Assembly: GCA_043751595.1 (NCBI GenBank)
Contig: JAYUZR010000042.1
Coordinates: 270 to 64,269 of the forward strand
Origin: Candidatus Berkelbacteria bacterium
GTDB lineage: Bacteria > Patescibacteriota > UBA1384 > CAILIB01
DNA length: 64,000 bases
Direction of reading: 5' to 3'
Below, in pieces: positions 47,833-56,984 of this stretch (position 1 is its first letter; each line of letters starts with the position of its first letter). The notes beneath the pieces are model-generated. The model made no database searches and had not been told where the DNA came from. It worked only from the letters and a program-made list of their open reading frames with translations. The position numbers and the translations under genes were made by a program.

Positions 47833-48410
47833 GGCAAGTAACTCGGATTACTAGCCAAAAAATCCATAATTTCATCAAAAAGTGGGGCAAGTTCGGGAGA
47901 AATTGAGACCTTTGCCCGCTTCATTATCTCAATCTTGGGAATAGTAATATTCTGCTCCCTCCAGAGGCGACCACCATCAAGCATGATATTAAGCATCGGA
48001 ATAATCTTATCCAACACATACACAAACTGGGCCTCGGGCGTTGTATTGGCCTCATATTCGGCAATAGTCTGGCTCATCTCCGGAAAATCGGGGAATTGCT
48101 CGGCAATCTTCTCGGCTGCCTCGCGCTCGCGCGCTTCCTTGCTATCAATACGGGCCTGGTCGCCATGCGCATGGGTATCACCGGCGTAGACCTCAACCAA
48201 ATCGTGCACTAAGGCAAAGGCGAACACTTTTTCCATATCTAGCTGAAGGCCTTGTTTCTGAATGAGATACCAGGCAAGCATCGCCAACTGGTAACTATGC
48301 TCAGCATCGTTTTCTTTACGGTCTTCACCGGGAATATAAATGGCTCGCTCTACTTTCTGTAGAGCAACCATAAACTTGGTGAAGTTGAGAGAGGATTCCA
48401 GTAAGGACAT
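47829..48410 (-). CDS. HD domain phosphohydrolase (YfbR/HDDC2-like)
   Basis: ENDAEHS, HDLVEVYAGD and LDK motifs. Confidence 0.9.
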   Translation of the reverse strand: MSLLESSLNFTKFMVALQKVERAIYIPGEDRKENDAEHSYQLAMLAWYLIQKQGLQLDMEKVFAFALVHDLVEVYAGDTHAHGDQARIDSKEAREREAAEKIAEQFPDFPEMSQTIAEYEANTTPEAQFVYVLDKIIPMLNIMLDGGRLWREQNITIPKIEIMKRAKVSISPELAPLFDEIMDFLASNPSYLP

Positions 48411-48451
48411 AGGAAAACTATGGCCGAACTATTCGCTGAAAGCTAGGTGTT

Positions 48452-50152
48452 TCAGCCAAAGGTAAAGGCAAAAGCGCCAGTACCTGGAGTTACAAAGCGA
48501 AGCGTTATCGTGTGATCCCCACTCTTCTCAAAGGTAGCCAAGTGATAGAGGCGATCAGAATCAATGGTAAGTGCACCATTTACCACATCTCCCCCCGATA
48601 CTTTTTCGCCATCAACCAGTACTTCAACCTTCCCAGTGGCCCCTGCGGGTGGGTTTATTACAAGATACACATCTTGAGCTTGCACCCGCATTTCTAGCTC
48701 CTCGGTACCGGTGGTTGCCATAATTCTCTCATCATCCGCCTTCCAGGGACCGGCTATGCGCCACTCACCCGACTTTAGGCTAGTACTCGTTACTAGGCGC
48801 TCACGGCGGGCCAAGCCAAGATAGGTTTCGGGTGTGCGCTGGCCTTCACTTACATACTTGGTAGTAACTTTTGTGGAGCCAGGAAGTACCGCTGAAGCAC
48901 TCGCTTCCTTTAATAGGGCCCGAATATTTGCTTCAGTCTCTTCATACGCCCCTTCCCCAAAGTGGGTATCGCGAACCTTCCCATTGGCATCAATCAAATA
49001 ATGGGCTGGCCAATATTGATTACTGTATGCGCGCCAAGTGGTAAAATCGTTATCTTGGGCGACTGGGTACTTAATCTTAGCATCAGCAATAGCCCGAGCC
49101 ACATTCTTTGGTTCTTTTTCAATGCTAAACTCAGGCGAGTGCACACCAATTACCACAAAACCCTGATCCTTATAGGTGTCATACCATTTGGTGACATACG
49201 GCAAGGTTCGCTGGCAATTAATGCAGGTGTAGGTCCAGAAATCGATGAGCACTACCTTACCCTTTAGACTGGCGAGTGTGAGCGGATCGCTATTAAGCCA
49301 GTTTGTAATACCGGTAAGCTCGGGGGCAGCACCAAGCACGGGCAGGGTACTACCAGCTACGGTGGCTTTTTTATCGAGAGTAGATGAAGGCTCTGATCCG
49401 CTAAACTTCTTCAGTTGATTCTGCACTAATTCGCTCTGCTCAAGTTGCTGGGTAAGGCCGGCACTAAACTGACTTGGAACCTTAGTAAGTAGCACCGTTT
49501 GCAGGGTTCTATCGAGCCCAAATAACATTCCAACCGAGGTAAGAATCATAATAGCCCCAAATACCTGCTGAATCCGGGAAGTATACCTGGTAAGAACTTT
49601 TACTCGCTTAATAATTCCTTGGCCGCCGTAAATAAGGGCAAGTAATGGAATGCTCGTGCCAAGCGCGTACGCAGCGGTAATAAAGACGGAAGCAAATGAA
49701 ACGGTGCTGGTTGCGGCCAGGGTAATAACCGAAGCTACAATTGGTCCCACGCAAGGAGTCCAGACGAGACCTAAGCTAATACCGACCAGTATTCCTCCCC
49801 AAAAGTCGTTTCGCTCTTTTTTCATTCCATTACTGGCTCCCATAAAACGCCCACTCCAGATCTCGAACATCACCAAGAACTTGGGAACAACCAATACCAA
49901 ACCAAAAAGCATCAAGACCACAATCGCCACTATCCTGAGCGCGTCCGGACTTAAGCCAAACTGCTTAGTAAGATAACTGAGCGAAAGCGTAAAAAAGGTA
50001 AAGCTACCAACCAACCCAACCACAATTCCTAGTGGACGCTTCTTACCCCCGCTCACTCCTGCCGAAAGTACTACTGGCAATATCGGTAAAATACAGGGGG
50101 CAAAAATGGTTGCCATCCCCGCCAGGAATGAGAAGAGGATAAGAATAATCAC
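48452..50152 (-). CDS. dipZ: DipZ-like CcdA plus redoxin fusion protein
   Basis: PCILP, WTPCVGP, WTYTCINC, VHSPEF and FTFG end. GTG start placed at 50152. Confidence 0.9.
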   Translation of the reverse strand: MIILILFSFLAGMATIFAPCILPILPVVLSAGVSGGKKRPLGIVVGLVGSFTFFTLSLSYLTKQFGLSPDALRIVAIVVLMLFGLVLVVPKFLVMFEIWSGRFMGASNGMKKERNDFWGGILVGISLGLVWTPCVGPIVASVITLAATSTVSFASVFITAAYALGTSIPLLALIYGGQGIIKRVKVLTRYTSRIQQVFGAIMILTSVGMLFGLDRTLQTVLLTKVPSQFSAGLTQQLEQSELVQNQLKKFSGSEPSSTLDKKATVAGSTLPVLGAAPELTGITNWLNSDPLTLASLKGKVVLIDFWTYTCINCQRTLPYVTKWYDTYKDQGFVVIGVHSPEFSIEKEPKNVARAIADAKIKYPVAQDNDFTTWRAYSNQYWPAHYLIDANGKVRDTHFGEGAYEETEANIRALLKEASASAVLPGSTKVTTKYVSEGQRTPETYLGLARRERLVTSTSLKSGEWRIAGPWKADDERIMATTGTEELEMRVQAQDVYLVINPPAGATGKVEVLVDGEKVSGGDVVNGALTIDSDRLYHLATFEKSGDHTITLRFVTPGTGAFAFTFG

Positions 50153-50162
50153 GGCGAAGGAA

Positions 50163-50711
50163 TTAGAAGGTAAGGACCTGATCAAAGGTAGGAAGAATTG
50201 CCTGCTTGGTAGAGGTACCGGTGGCATCGATCCGAACAAAGAAGGTCTGGTGAGTAATGCCGTACTTCTTTTTAAGATCAGTTGCAGAATCGTAATCAAC
50301 CTTAATAATAACGGTATTTTTTCCAAGCTTTGCGAGCTCCGCGGGTGTTTCAAGCTTTTTCTGAATCGCCTGACAATCTGGGCACCACGAAGCATCGAAG
50401 AAGTAGACTACGTCTTTACCGTGATCCTTAACCAGTGCCCGAGCCGCAACCTCGGTGGTGAAGGCGATAAACGAAGCGCCAGCATCTTTGGTCATCGCCA
50501 TCTTCTCTTGCTCTTCCTTGGCCATCATCATTTTATCGGAGTCTGCCTTTTCCATTGCCATTTTCTCATCCGCGGTCATCGCCGCTGTGCTGGTGCCCTC
50601 TTTTTCCATCATCATCTTATCGTCATCCTTTTTTACCTGGTTAGCGTAGATTGCTGAACCACCACCGAGAATAACTACTAATACTGCCGCAGGAATAATA
50701 AACTTATGCAT
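50163..50711 (-). CDS. secreted thioredoxin with Met/Lys-rich linker
   Basis: WCPDC active site and repeated DKMMM motifs. Confidence 0.85.
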   Translation of the reverse strand: MHKFIIPAAVLVVILGGGSAIYANQVKKDDDKMMMEKEGTSTAAMTADEKMAMEKADSDKMMMAKEEQEKMAMTKDAGASFIAFTTEVAARALVKDHGKDVVYFFDASWCPDCQAIQKKLETPAELAKLGKNTVIIKVDYDSATDLKKKYGITHQTFFVRIDATGTSTKQAILPTFDQVLTF

Positions 50712-50719
50712 GGAATGAA

Positions 50720-51073
50720 TTACTGATAACGCTTATACATGAAAGTAATAACCCTCCCCACCGCTGCCAGCCCCAGCACCAGCCAAAACACCATGGCAAC
50801 ATCGGACTTGGGATAGAAAATGGTAGCAGCCAAAAGTCCAGCAAGTACCGTGTAGAGAGCTGCACTATCTGCCTGCAGGCGCAGGAGTTGCTCTCGCTCA
50901 TCTTGTTCTGCCCGGGCAATCATCAGGTAAGCAACCAAAAGCCCTAAGAGTAAGATGGCCGAAATAATCTGAGTAGAAAGCATACCAATAGTAGGCATCA
51001 CAAGGCGATCAAGCGCGTACACCCCCACCCCAAAAGAAAGTAATAACCCTGAGAGCTTAGTAGATGATGTCAC
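50720..51073 (-). CDS. small membrane protein (DUF2178-like)
   Basis: Four TM segments with a DERE motif, coupled to the XRE gene. Confidence 0.65.
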   Translation of the reverse strand: MTSSTKLSGLLLSFGVGVYALDRLVMPTIGMLSTQIISAILLLGLLVAYLMIARAEQDEREQLLRLQADSAALYTVLAGLLAATIFYPKSDVAMVFWLVLGLAAVGRVITFMYKRYQ

Positions 51074-51273
51074 TTGGTACTTGTTAATTGAAAAATATCT
51101 TCTACCTTCACCTTAAACAGGTGGGCCAGCTTAAGTGCTAGTACCACCGAGGGCTGATACTTATTTTGCTCCATGGCGATGATGGTTTGCCGAATTACCC
51201 CAATCCCCTCAGCAAGCTCTTGCTGAGTAAGACTGTGTTCGGCCCGAAGGACTTTAATGCGGTTTTGAAGCAT
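51070..51273 (-). CDS. XRE family regulator
   Basis: LTQQELAE..GVIRQTI...KYQPS. Confidence 0.93.
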   Translation of the reverse strand: MLQNRIKVLRAEHSLTQQELAEGIGVIRQTIIAMEQNKYQPSVVLALKLAHLFKVKVEDIFQLTSTK

Positions 51274-51275
51274 GC

Positions 51276-51305
51276 ACATAATGTATAGTTAGCTATACAT
51301 TATGT
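51276..51305. promoter_or_regulatory. palindromic operator over a TTGACA-17-TACATT promoter
   Basis: ACATAATGTATAG-ttag-CTATACATTATGT with perfect 13-bp arms. Confidence 0.7.
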
Positions 51306-51372
51306 CAAATGTAGGTTACTTACTTGCTGAAAAAGAATATAGTGCCGGTAATTCGCTGCGAAACCTACACTT

Positions 51373-52008
51373 ATGGAAGAAGAAATCACCAGCAACCCCG
51401 ATATCACACCGGTAACCCATCCTCACCCGCTTTCGCATCACGAAGTGGCGCACGAAAACGATTACCAGACAGAACAAATAGCACTTGCTACTCATCAGGA
51501 CACCACTCCACAGCAAGTTGCCAAAGCCACCGTTAGCTTGCCGGTGCCCTTCCCCATTATTGTCAGCCCACTCATCATCTGCCTGCAGGTGGTGGGAATT
51601 ACGATTGTCTCCAATATCATTCTCTCTGGAATGATATTCTTTCTCGGTTATTTTGTTGATCTCACCATGCTGGCCACTGGCACTTCGATTGCATTGGTTC
51701 TTAACATCGTTCGAGCAACCTTCTTCTTATATCTGATCTGCGATATCATCACCCGCAACCTTTCCGTGGTCTACTTTGTTCGCGATGGTCATTTAGTTCG
51801 CCAAAAAGGGACGATGGATATTAGCGAGACTGCCTACAGCATGAATGATCTCAAGCAGGTGCGTATCTTTCAGGATACGCTTGGGCGTTTGGGTAACTAT
51901 GGCACCGTTATTCTTACCTTCCGTGTTGCACTCGATCCTGTCGAGCTATCCCTTGTGGGAGTACAAAAACCCCAACAGGTTGCGGCAATGTTCACCCCAT
52001 ACGTCTAG
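51373..52008 (+). CDS. membrane protein with bacterial PH domain
   Basis: Two TM helices and the QDTLGRLGNYGTV motif. Confidence 0.75.
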   Translation: MEEEITSNPDITPVTHPHPLSHHEVAHENDYQTEQIALATHQDTTPQQVAKATVSLPVPFPIIVSPLIICLQVVGITIVSNIILSGMIFFLGYFVDLTMLATGTSIALVLNIVRATFFLYLICDIITRNLSVVYFVRDGHLVRQKGTMDISETAYSMNDLKQVRIFQDTLGRLGNYGTVILTFRVALDPVELSLVGVQKPQQVAAMFTPYV

Positions 52009-52056
52009 CGCACATTTTGATTTTGTATTGTGGATGCTCGTGCTAGACTGAGGTAC

Positions 52057-53697
52057 ATGAGCAATCCAAATCCGTACACCATCATTATCACCGGCGGCAT
52101 TGTCTCCGGCATCGGAAAAGGAATTACAGCGGCCAGTATTGGCCGTCTTTTAATTAACCGCGGATTTACCGTACGGCCAGTTAAGGCTGACCCCTATTTG
52201 AATCGGGATGCTGGCACGATGAACCCGTTCCAGCATGGCGAGGTGTTCGTCACCGATGATGGGGCCGAGACCGATTTAGACCTTGGCCATTATGAGCGAT
52301 TCTTAAACCAAAACCTGACTCGCAACGCTAATTTTACTAGCGGACTGGTCTACCACTCGGTGATGGAGCTGGAACGGGAGGGAGAATATCTAGGAAAAAC
52401 CATCCAGGTAATTCCCCACGTTACCAATGAGATAAAACGCCGGGTTGCGCTAGGTGCCGAGGATGCTCCCGACTTTTTGACGGTTGAGATTGGCGGCACG
52501 GTTGGCGATATTGAGGCCCTCCCCTTCTTGGAAGCGATGCGCCAATACCGCGACGAAAACCGGACGCGCACCGCAGTGATTCAAGTAGTAAAAATTGATT
52601 ACCTCTACCCTTCGGGCGAATCAAAAACCAAGCCAATTCAACATGCGGTAACTAATTTGCGTAGCTACGGGCTGCAACCCGATTTGCTGGTAGTGCGCAG
52701 CAAACAACTACCCGAAGACGGAGAGCTAGAAAAGTTAGCCCTGTTTTGTGGTGTGCCAGTAGAGCGGATTATTCCTGCGCCAGATGTAGATTCTTTGTAC
52801 GATATTCCGGGGGCGATGGAAAAGGCCGGGATTACCGAGCAGTTACTGAAGCTGTTTGCCTTGCCTGACCCTGGCGCCAAGGGCACGGCCCATGAGGCAT
52901 GGAGCACTATTGCCACCAAAGAAGATGCGCAACAAGGCGAGATACGCGTTGGCTTGGTAGGCAAATATACCCATCATTCCGATGCATACCTATCCGTTTT
53001 GGAAGCTATTTCCCATGCCGGACTTGCCGCGGGAGTACATACCAAAGTTATTCCGATTGATTCCGAATCTCCCGATCTACTTGATCAAGTATCGACTGTC
53101 GATGCCGTGATCGTTCCTGGCGGATTTGGGAGTCGAGGTATCGAGGGAAAGCTTGCTGCTATCAAGTATGTACGCGAAAAGGGTGTCCCGTTTTTGGGGA
53201 TTTGCCTAGGACTGCAATTGGCAGTGATTGAGTATGCGCGGTCGGTGGCCGGACTCACCGAAGCCACCAGTCTGGAGTTTGATGAAACAGCAAAGCTCCC
53301 TATTATTACGTTTATACCTGGGCAAGAAGCTATTCGCCGCAAGGGCGGCACCATGCGTCTGGGCTCGTACCCAGCCCAACTTACCGCCGGAAGCCTGGCT
53401 GAAAAAATCTACGAGAAGTATCGACCCACCGAGATTTCAGATGGGCTGATCGCCGAGCGCCATCGTCATCGCTACGAACTAAACCCTGAACACGTCGAGC
53501 AACTAGAAAAAGCGGGCTTGGTTATTTCCGGGAAACTACCTGAAATTGGCCTGGTCGAGTTCATCGAACTACCGCCTGAGGTGCATCCTTACTTTATTGC
53601 CACCCAGGCGCATCCCGAGTTTAGAAGCCGGCCCGAGCTTGCTCATCCCCTTTTTGCAGGGTTGATTGAGGCGGCAAAGCATTTCATCACTAAGTAA
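52057..53697 (+). CDS. pyrG: CTP synthase
   Basis: GIGKG, DPYLN, TDLDLGHYERF, GICLG and QAHPEF motifs. Confidence 0.98.
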   Translation: MSNPNPYTIIITGGIVSGIGKGITAASIGRLLINRGFTVRPVKADPYLNRDAGTMNPFQHGEVFVTDDGAETDLDLGHYERFLNQNLTRNANFTSGLVYHSVMELEREGEYLGKTIQVIPHVTNEIKRRVALGAEDAPDFLTVEIGGTVGDIEALPFLEAMRQYRDENRTRTAVIQVVKIDYLYPSGESKTKPIQHAVTNLRSYGLQPDLLVVRSKQLPEDGELEKLALFCGVPVERIIPAPDVDSLYDIPGAMEKAGITEQLLKLFALPDPGAKGTAHEAWSTIATKEDAQQGEIRVGLVGKYTHHSDAYLSVLEAISHAGLAAGVHTKVIPIDSESPDLLDQVSTVDAVIVPGGFGSRGIEGKLAAIKYVREKGVPFLGICLGLQLAVIEYARSVAGLTEATSLEFDETAKLPIITFIPGQEAIRRKGGTMRLGSYPAQLTAGSLAEKIYEKYRPTEISDGLIAERHRHRYELNPEHVEQLEKAGLVISGKLPEIGLVEFIELPPEVHPYFIATQAHPEFRSRPELAHPLFAGLIEAAKHFITK

Positions 53698-53734
53698 ATC
53701 GAGATACACTAGAATAACTACTAGCACTATCCCC

Positions 53735-55222
53735 ATGAGCCACGAAGGAGAGTTGAACCAAGAGACGCTGCAGACGGAAACTCCCTATATTTCCTCAGAG
53801 CAGATACATGCCACAGAAAAAGCACGAGAGGCTAATCGAACGATAGTCGACTTAGTAGAGGCAATGAATGGAAGCTCGGTAATGATGCTCATTGAGAGTA
53901 ACGCAGTTACGGCATCAAACTTGGCTCTAAAGTTAGCTATCAAAAAAACTCAACCAGAGCTGGCTGAAATTGTTAAGGTGTCTACCGAGCCAGGCGAGAT
54001 AGTGCGGCAGCTACGTGAGATTCCGAACAGCACAATAGGAACGAGAGTCGCGTATGGCGAGATCCACAGAGCACTGCTTCGAGAAGATGCTGCAGCCGTA
54101 GAAGATATTTCGCAGGCTCTTCTGCGCCATATCTCCTTTGGGCGTGAATCTGGTGCAGGACTTGTTGAGCTTGAAGAGATTATCTCTGTTCTAGCAAATA
54201 GCGGCCACGGCGAGATCGCGCTCTTGTTCTACCTTAAACTACGAACTCAGTATCGTGATGCCGAAAAATCAGAGCTGGGTGAATGGTCGCAAACCGTTCA
54301 CGATTTCTATAGGCTGGCAAAGATAGCCGCCTCATTATCACGACCTGCAGAAGCACAGCAGTATTTTGATACAGCTGCGGAAATGGATCGAAAGTGGCAG
54401 GGAGAGCCAGTATTTGGTGCAACCTTCAATGGTGCAACCGCCAAGAGAACCAGGATCGCAGCAAAAGCCGCACAGCTTGGCTTGAATGTATCCCTACCCA
54501 ACGCAGAGCCAGACCAAAGGAAAGAGCAGGCAATAATTGATCTTGCCTCTGAGACAGTACTATCCCCTACCAGGATCGATAAGCTAGCCACCGGCTTTAT
54601 TGAGCGCAAGGGAGTGGATGAATCAACTGTTAGCTTCATGGTAGACCGTGCCATTGTTTCGCGAGATCCGGCCATAGTCGCAAGAACCGCTGACTACTTA
54701 TGCAGACTTATCGCCGCAACCGAAAAACTCGATGCCCGATCAGAAAAGTTACCCTACCCTTATTACCTTACCCAAACCCTTATCGGCCTCGTCAACGCCT
54801 GCCCTACTATTGAACTCATTACCAAGGCCAAAAAAACGCTTGATGCAGTGAAAAGTAATGATGGACCAAGACACTTAAGCTTATCAATGCTCGCCAAGGC
54901 AGCGACAAAACTTGCAGAAAAAGAATGGCAGACGGTCGCTACTCATAAAGAGCTTGATCAAGAGCTACAGGGAACCGAATTGCCGGAAATAGGAGCAGTG
55001 GATGCAAAAACAGCAGCTCTTCAAGAAATAAGTAGTCTCGATAATGATGAGGAGCGGGAAGCGATTGAAGGTGCAAAAGCCGAACTCATTGAGCTGGAAA
55101 AGAGATTGGGACTAGCTGATAGCGTCGATGATATCGCGCTTATCCGACAGCGAATCGCCAGCTACACTAGCCAAGAGGCAGCGAGTGTCGCAGGCCAGGT
55201 GAATATTCAATCAGGCAGGTAA
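53735..55222 (+). CDS. hypothetical alpha-helical protein
   Basis: Long Ala/Glu/Leu-rich ORF with no recognised motif. Confidence 0.7.
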   Translation: MSHEGELNQETLQTETPYISSEQIHATEKAREANRTIVDLVEAMNGSSVMMLIESNAVTASNLALKLAIKKTQPELAEIVKVSTEPGEIVRQLREIPNSTIGTRVAYGEIHRALLREDAAAVEDISQALLRHISFGRESGAGLVELEEIISVLANSGHGEIALLFYLKLRTQYRDAEKSELGEWSQTVHDFYRLAKIAASLSRPAEAQQYFDTAAEMDRKWQGEPVFGATFNGATAKRTRIAAKAAQLGLNVSLPNAEPDQRKEQAIIDLASETVLSPTRIDKLATGFIERKGVDESTVSFMVDRAIVSRDPAIVARTADYLCRLIAATEKLDARSEKLPYPYYLTQTLIGLVNACPTIELITKAKKTLDAVKSNDGPRHLSLSMLAKAATKLAEKEWQTVATHKELDQELQGTELPEIGAVDAKTAALQEISSLDNDEEREAIEGAKAELIELEKRLGLADSVDDIALIRQRIASYTSQEAASVAGQVNIQSGR

Positions 55223-55229
55223 AGCAAAA

Positions 55230-55256
55230 GGGCGGGTCGCCTAAACGACCCGCCCC
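55230..55256. terminator. bidirectional terminator
   Basis: gggcgggtcg-cctaaa-cgacccgccc. Confidence 0.75.
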
Positions 55257-55260
55257 TGCT

Positions 55261-55980
55261 TTATTTTCTTGACTGCCCACCTTTCTTTCGGTCAGTCAGT
55301 AGCTCGTCTTTGCCCGCCGGCCACCAACTTCCAGGGCACTCGGTTGCGCTTGCATCCTTATGTCCGATCACTTCCTTGATCTTGAATTTCTTTTGATAAC
55401 CGGCGATCAGCTTAGCTACTGCCTTCAGGGCAGCTTGCGTGGGTTTTGAGTCGGCGAAGTTTCCATCAAAGCAGATGGCAATACTCCGCATGTTCTTGCC
55501 CCAATCGCCGCAATTCCAGCCGACCTCGTCGTCCTTCAAGAGCCGTTCGGTGCTGCCGTCAGCCCGCACCATCCAGTGGTAGGCGTAGAACACTTCAATC
55601 TCTTTGCCGTCTACCTTCCGATAGTGGCCCGAGTGGGGCGTCCAACCCTTTACCAGTGGGTCAGGGTCATCGATACCATACCGACCGACGTAGAGCCGCT
55701 GATACTGAAGGTCGGACAACTCCTTCCAGGTCATTCCGCCGGTTCCGGCAGTGTGGTGGACAATGATTAGATCCGTGGGAATCTTTCTTTGTTGTTTCTC
55801 TGCCTCCCAATTCACCCAGCCTTTGGGAACGGGCTTGCCATCTTTATCAACGAACCAGTTAACCTGAGTCTGACTGATATCGCCCGTAGAAGCCGCTGCC
55901 TGACTGACCGTGTTATTGCAGCCAACAAGTGCCGATGCAACCAGCAAGATAATTCCTGCCAGTGTTAAAAACTGTCTCAT
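55261..55980 (-). CDS. N-acetylmuramoyl-L-alanine amidase (Amidase_2), lipoprotein
   Basis: Lipobox LVGC, IIVHHTA, YHW, GHKD and TECPG; GGAGG SD site. Confidence 0.87.
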   Translation of the reverse strand: MRQFLTLAGIILLVASALVGCNNTVSQAAASTGDISQTQVNWFVDKDGKPVPKGWVNWEAEKQQRKIPTDLIIVHHTAGTGGMTWKELSDLQYQRLYVGRYGIDDPDPLVKGWTPHSGHYRKVDGKEIEVFYAYHWMVRADGSTERLLKDDEVGWNCGDWGKNMRSIAICFDGNFADSKPTQAALKAVAKLIAGYQKKFKIKEVIGHKDASATECPGSWWPAGKDELLTDRKKGGQSRK

Positions 55981-56081
55981 ACTCTTCTCCTCCCCAAGCG
56001 GGGTTGCGGGCATCAAGATAATGCCAAGGTTCGAACCGGTGTAGCTTTATCAGATTTATTGAAAAATAGCAAAGGCCAACC

Positions 56082-56429
56082 CTACTTCATCGTCCCTAGG
56101 TGGGTATGCTTAAACTTGTCATCGTACTTGAGCCCATATCCGAATAAGCGATCAAAATAGAGGTGCCCAACCAAGATGACACCTGCAGCTTGCAGCCACA
56201 CCACCCCAAGTATCGACCCGGCGATATATACCACTACCGCAACCCCCAAGTGGTGAAAAACGTTATAAGTCGCCGCACCGACTCGAGGGTTAATCAGATA
56301 CCCAATCATGCTCATATCGGGCGCCAAGAAAAACACAGCGTATATCCACCATGGAAGTGGAAGTAGTGAGAAGAGAAATAAGGAAAGCAGCAGTCCTCCG
56401 AGGTATTCAAGCCAGAGAATAGTTTTCAT
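56082..56429 (-). CDS. DUF4260 family membrane protein
   Basis: APDMSMIGY, YNVFHH, DRLFGYGLK and HTHLG. Confidence 0.9.
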   Translation of the reverse strand: MKTILWLEYLGGLLLSLFLFSLLPLPWWIYAVFFLAPDMSMIGYLINPRVGAATYNVFHHLGVAVVVYIAGSILGVVWLQAAGVILVGHLYFDRLFGYGLKYDDKFKHTHLGTMK

Positions 56430-56514
56430 AGAGTAAGCCTAGACTATTTCATGCTACATTGCAGGCACCTAAGCAACAGGATAGGATTAAGCCACTATTG
56501 GTAATATATTTCCT

Positions 56515-56930
56515 ATGCAGTCCATCTCCCTTATCGGGGTACTGCTGGCCGCGTTGATCGCCTTCCCTATTGGCTACGTCTGGTATATGCCTTCCACCTT
56601 CCTTACGCCTTGGCAGAAAATGACCGGCGTCTCCGATGCAGATATGAAAAAAGGGTTCGGAAAATCAATGGCTGTTATTGGCGTTTTCTCGCTGCTCACC
56701 GCCTACATCCTGGCCCACTTATGGTCTATAGCGCCTTCGCTACCGGCACCACTGGGGTTATGAACGGCCTTGAGACTGCCTTTTGGGCTTGGCTTGGCAT
56801 CTCACTTACTACCACTATTATTGGTGGCGCCATGGAAACCCGCGACGCCAAGGTGATGTACATTGCCGCCGGTAACCGCCTGATTACTCTTTTGGCGATG
56901 GGCGCGGTCCTTGGATTGTTTATGCGCTAA
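56515..56930 (+). pseudogene. DUF1761 family membrane protein, frameshifted near 56720
   Basis: N-terminal half (GYVWY) and C-terminal half (AFWAWLG, IAAG) are in different frames. Confidence 0.7.
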
Positions 56931-56948
56931 TCAACGGCTTCGTCTCAC

Positions 56949-56984
56949 AAAAAAACCGCCACCCGTGCAGGGTGGCGGTTTTTT
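56949..56984. terminator. bidirectional terminator
   Basis: aaaaaccgccaccc-gtgca-gggtggcggttttt. Confidence 0.85.

Noticed and set aside
50153-50395. N-terminal extension of DipZ
   Set aside because: It overlaps the thioredoxin gene, and CcdA similarity starts near 50152.
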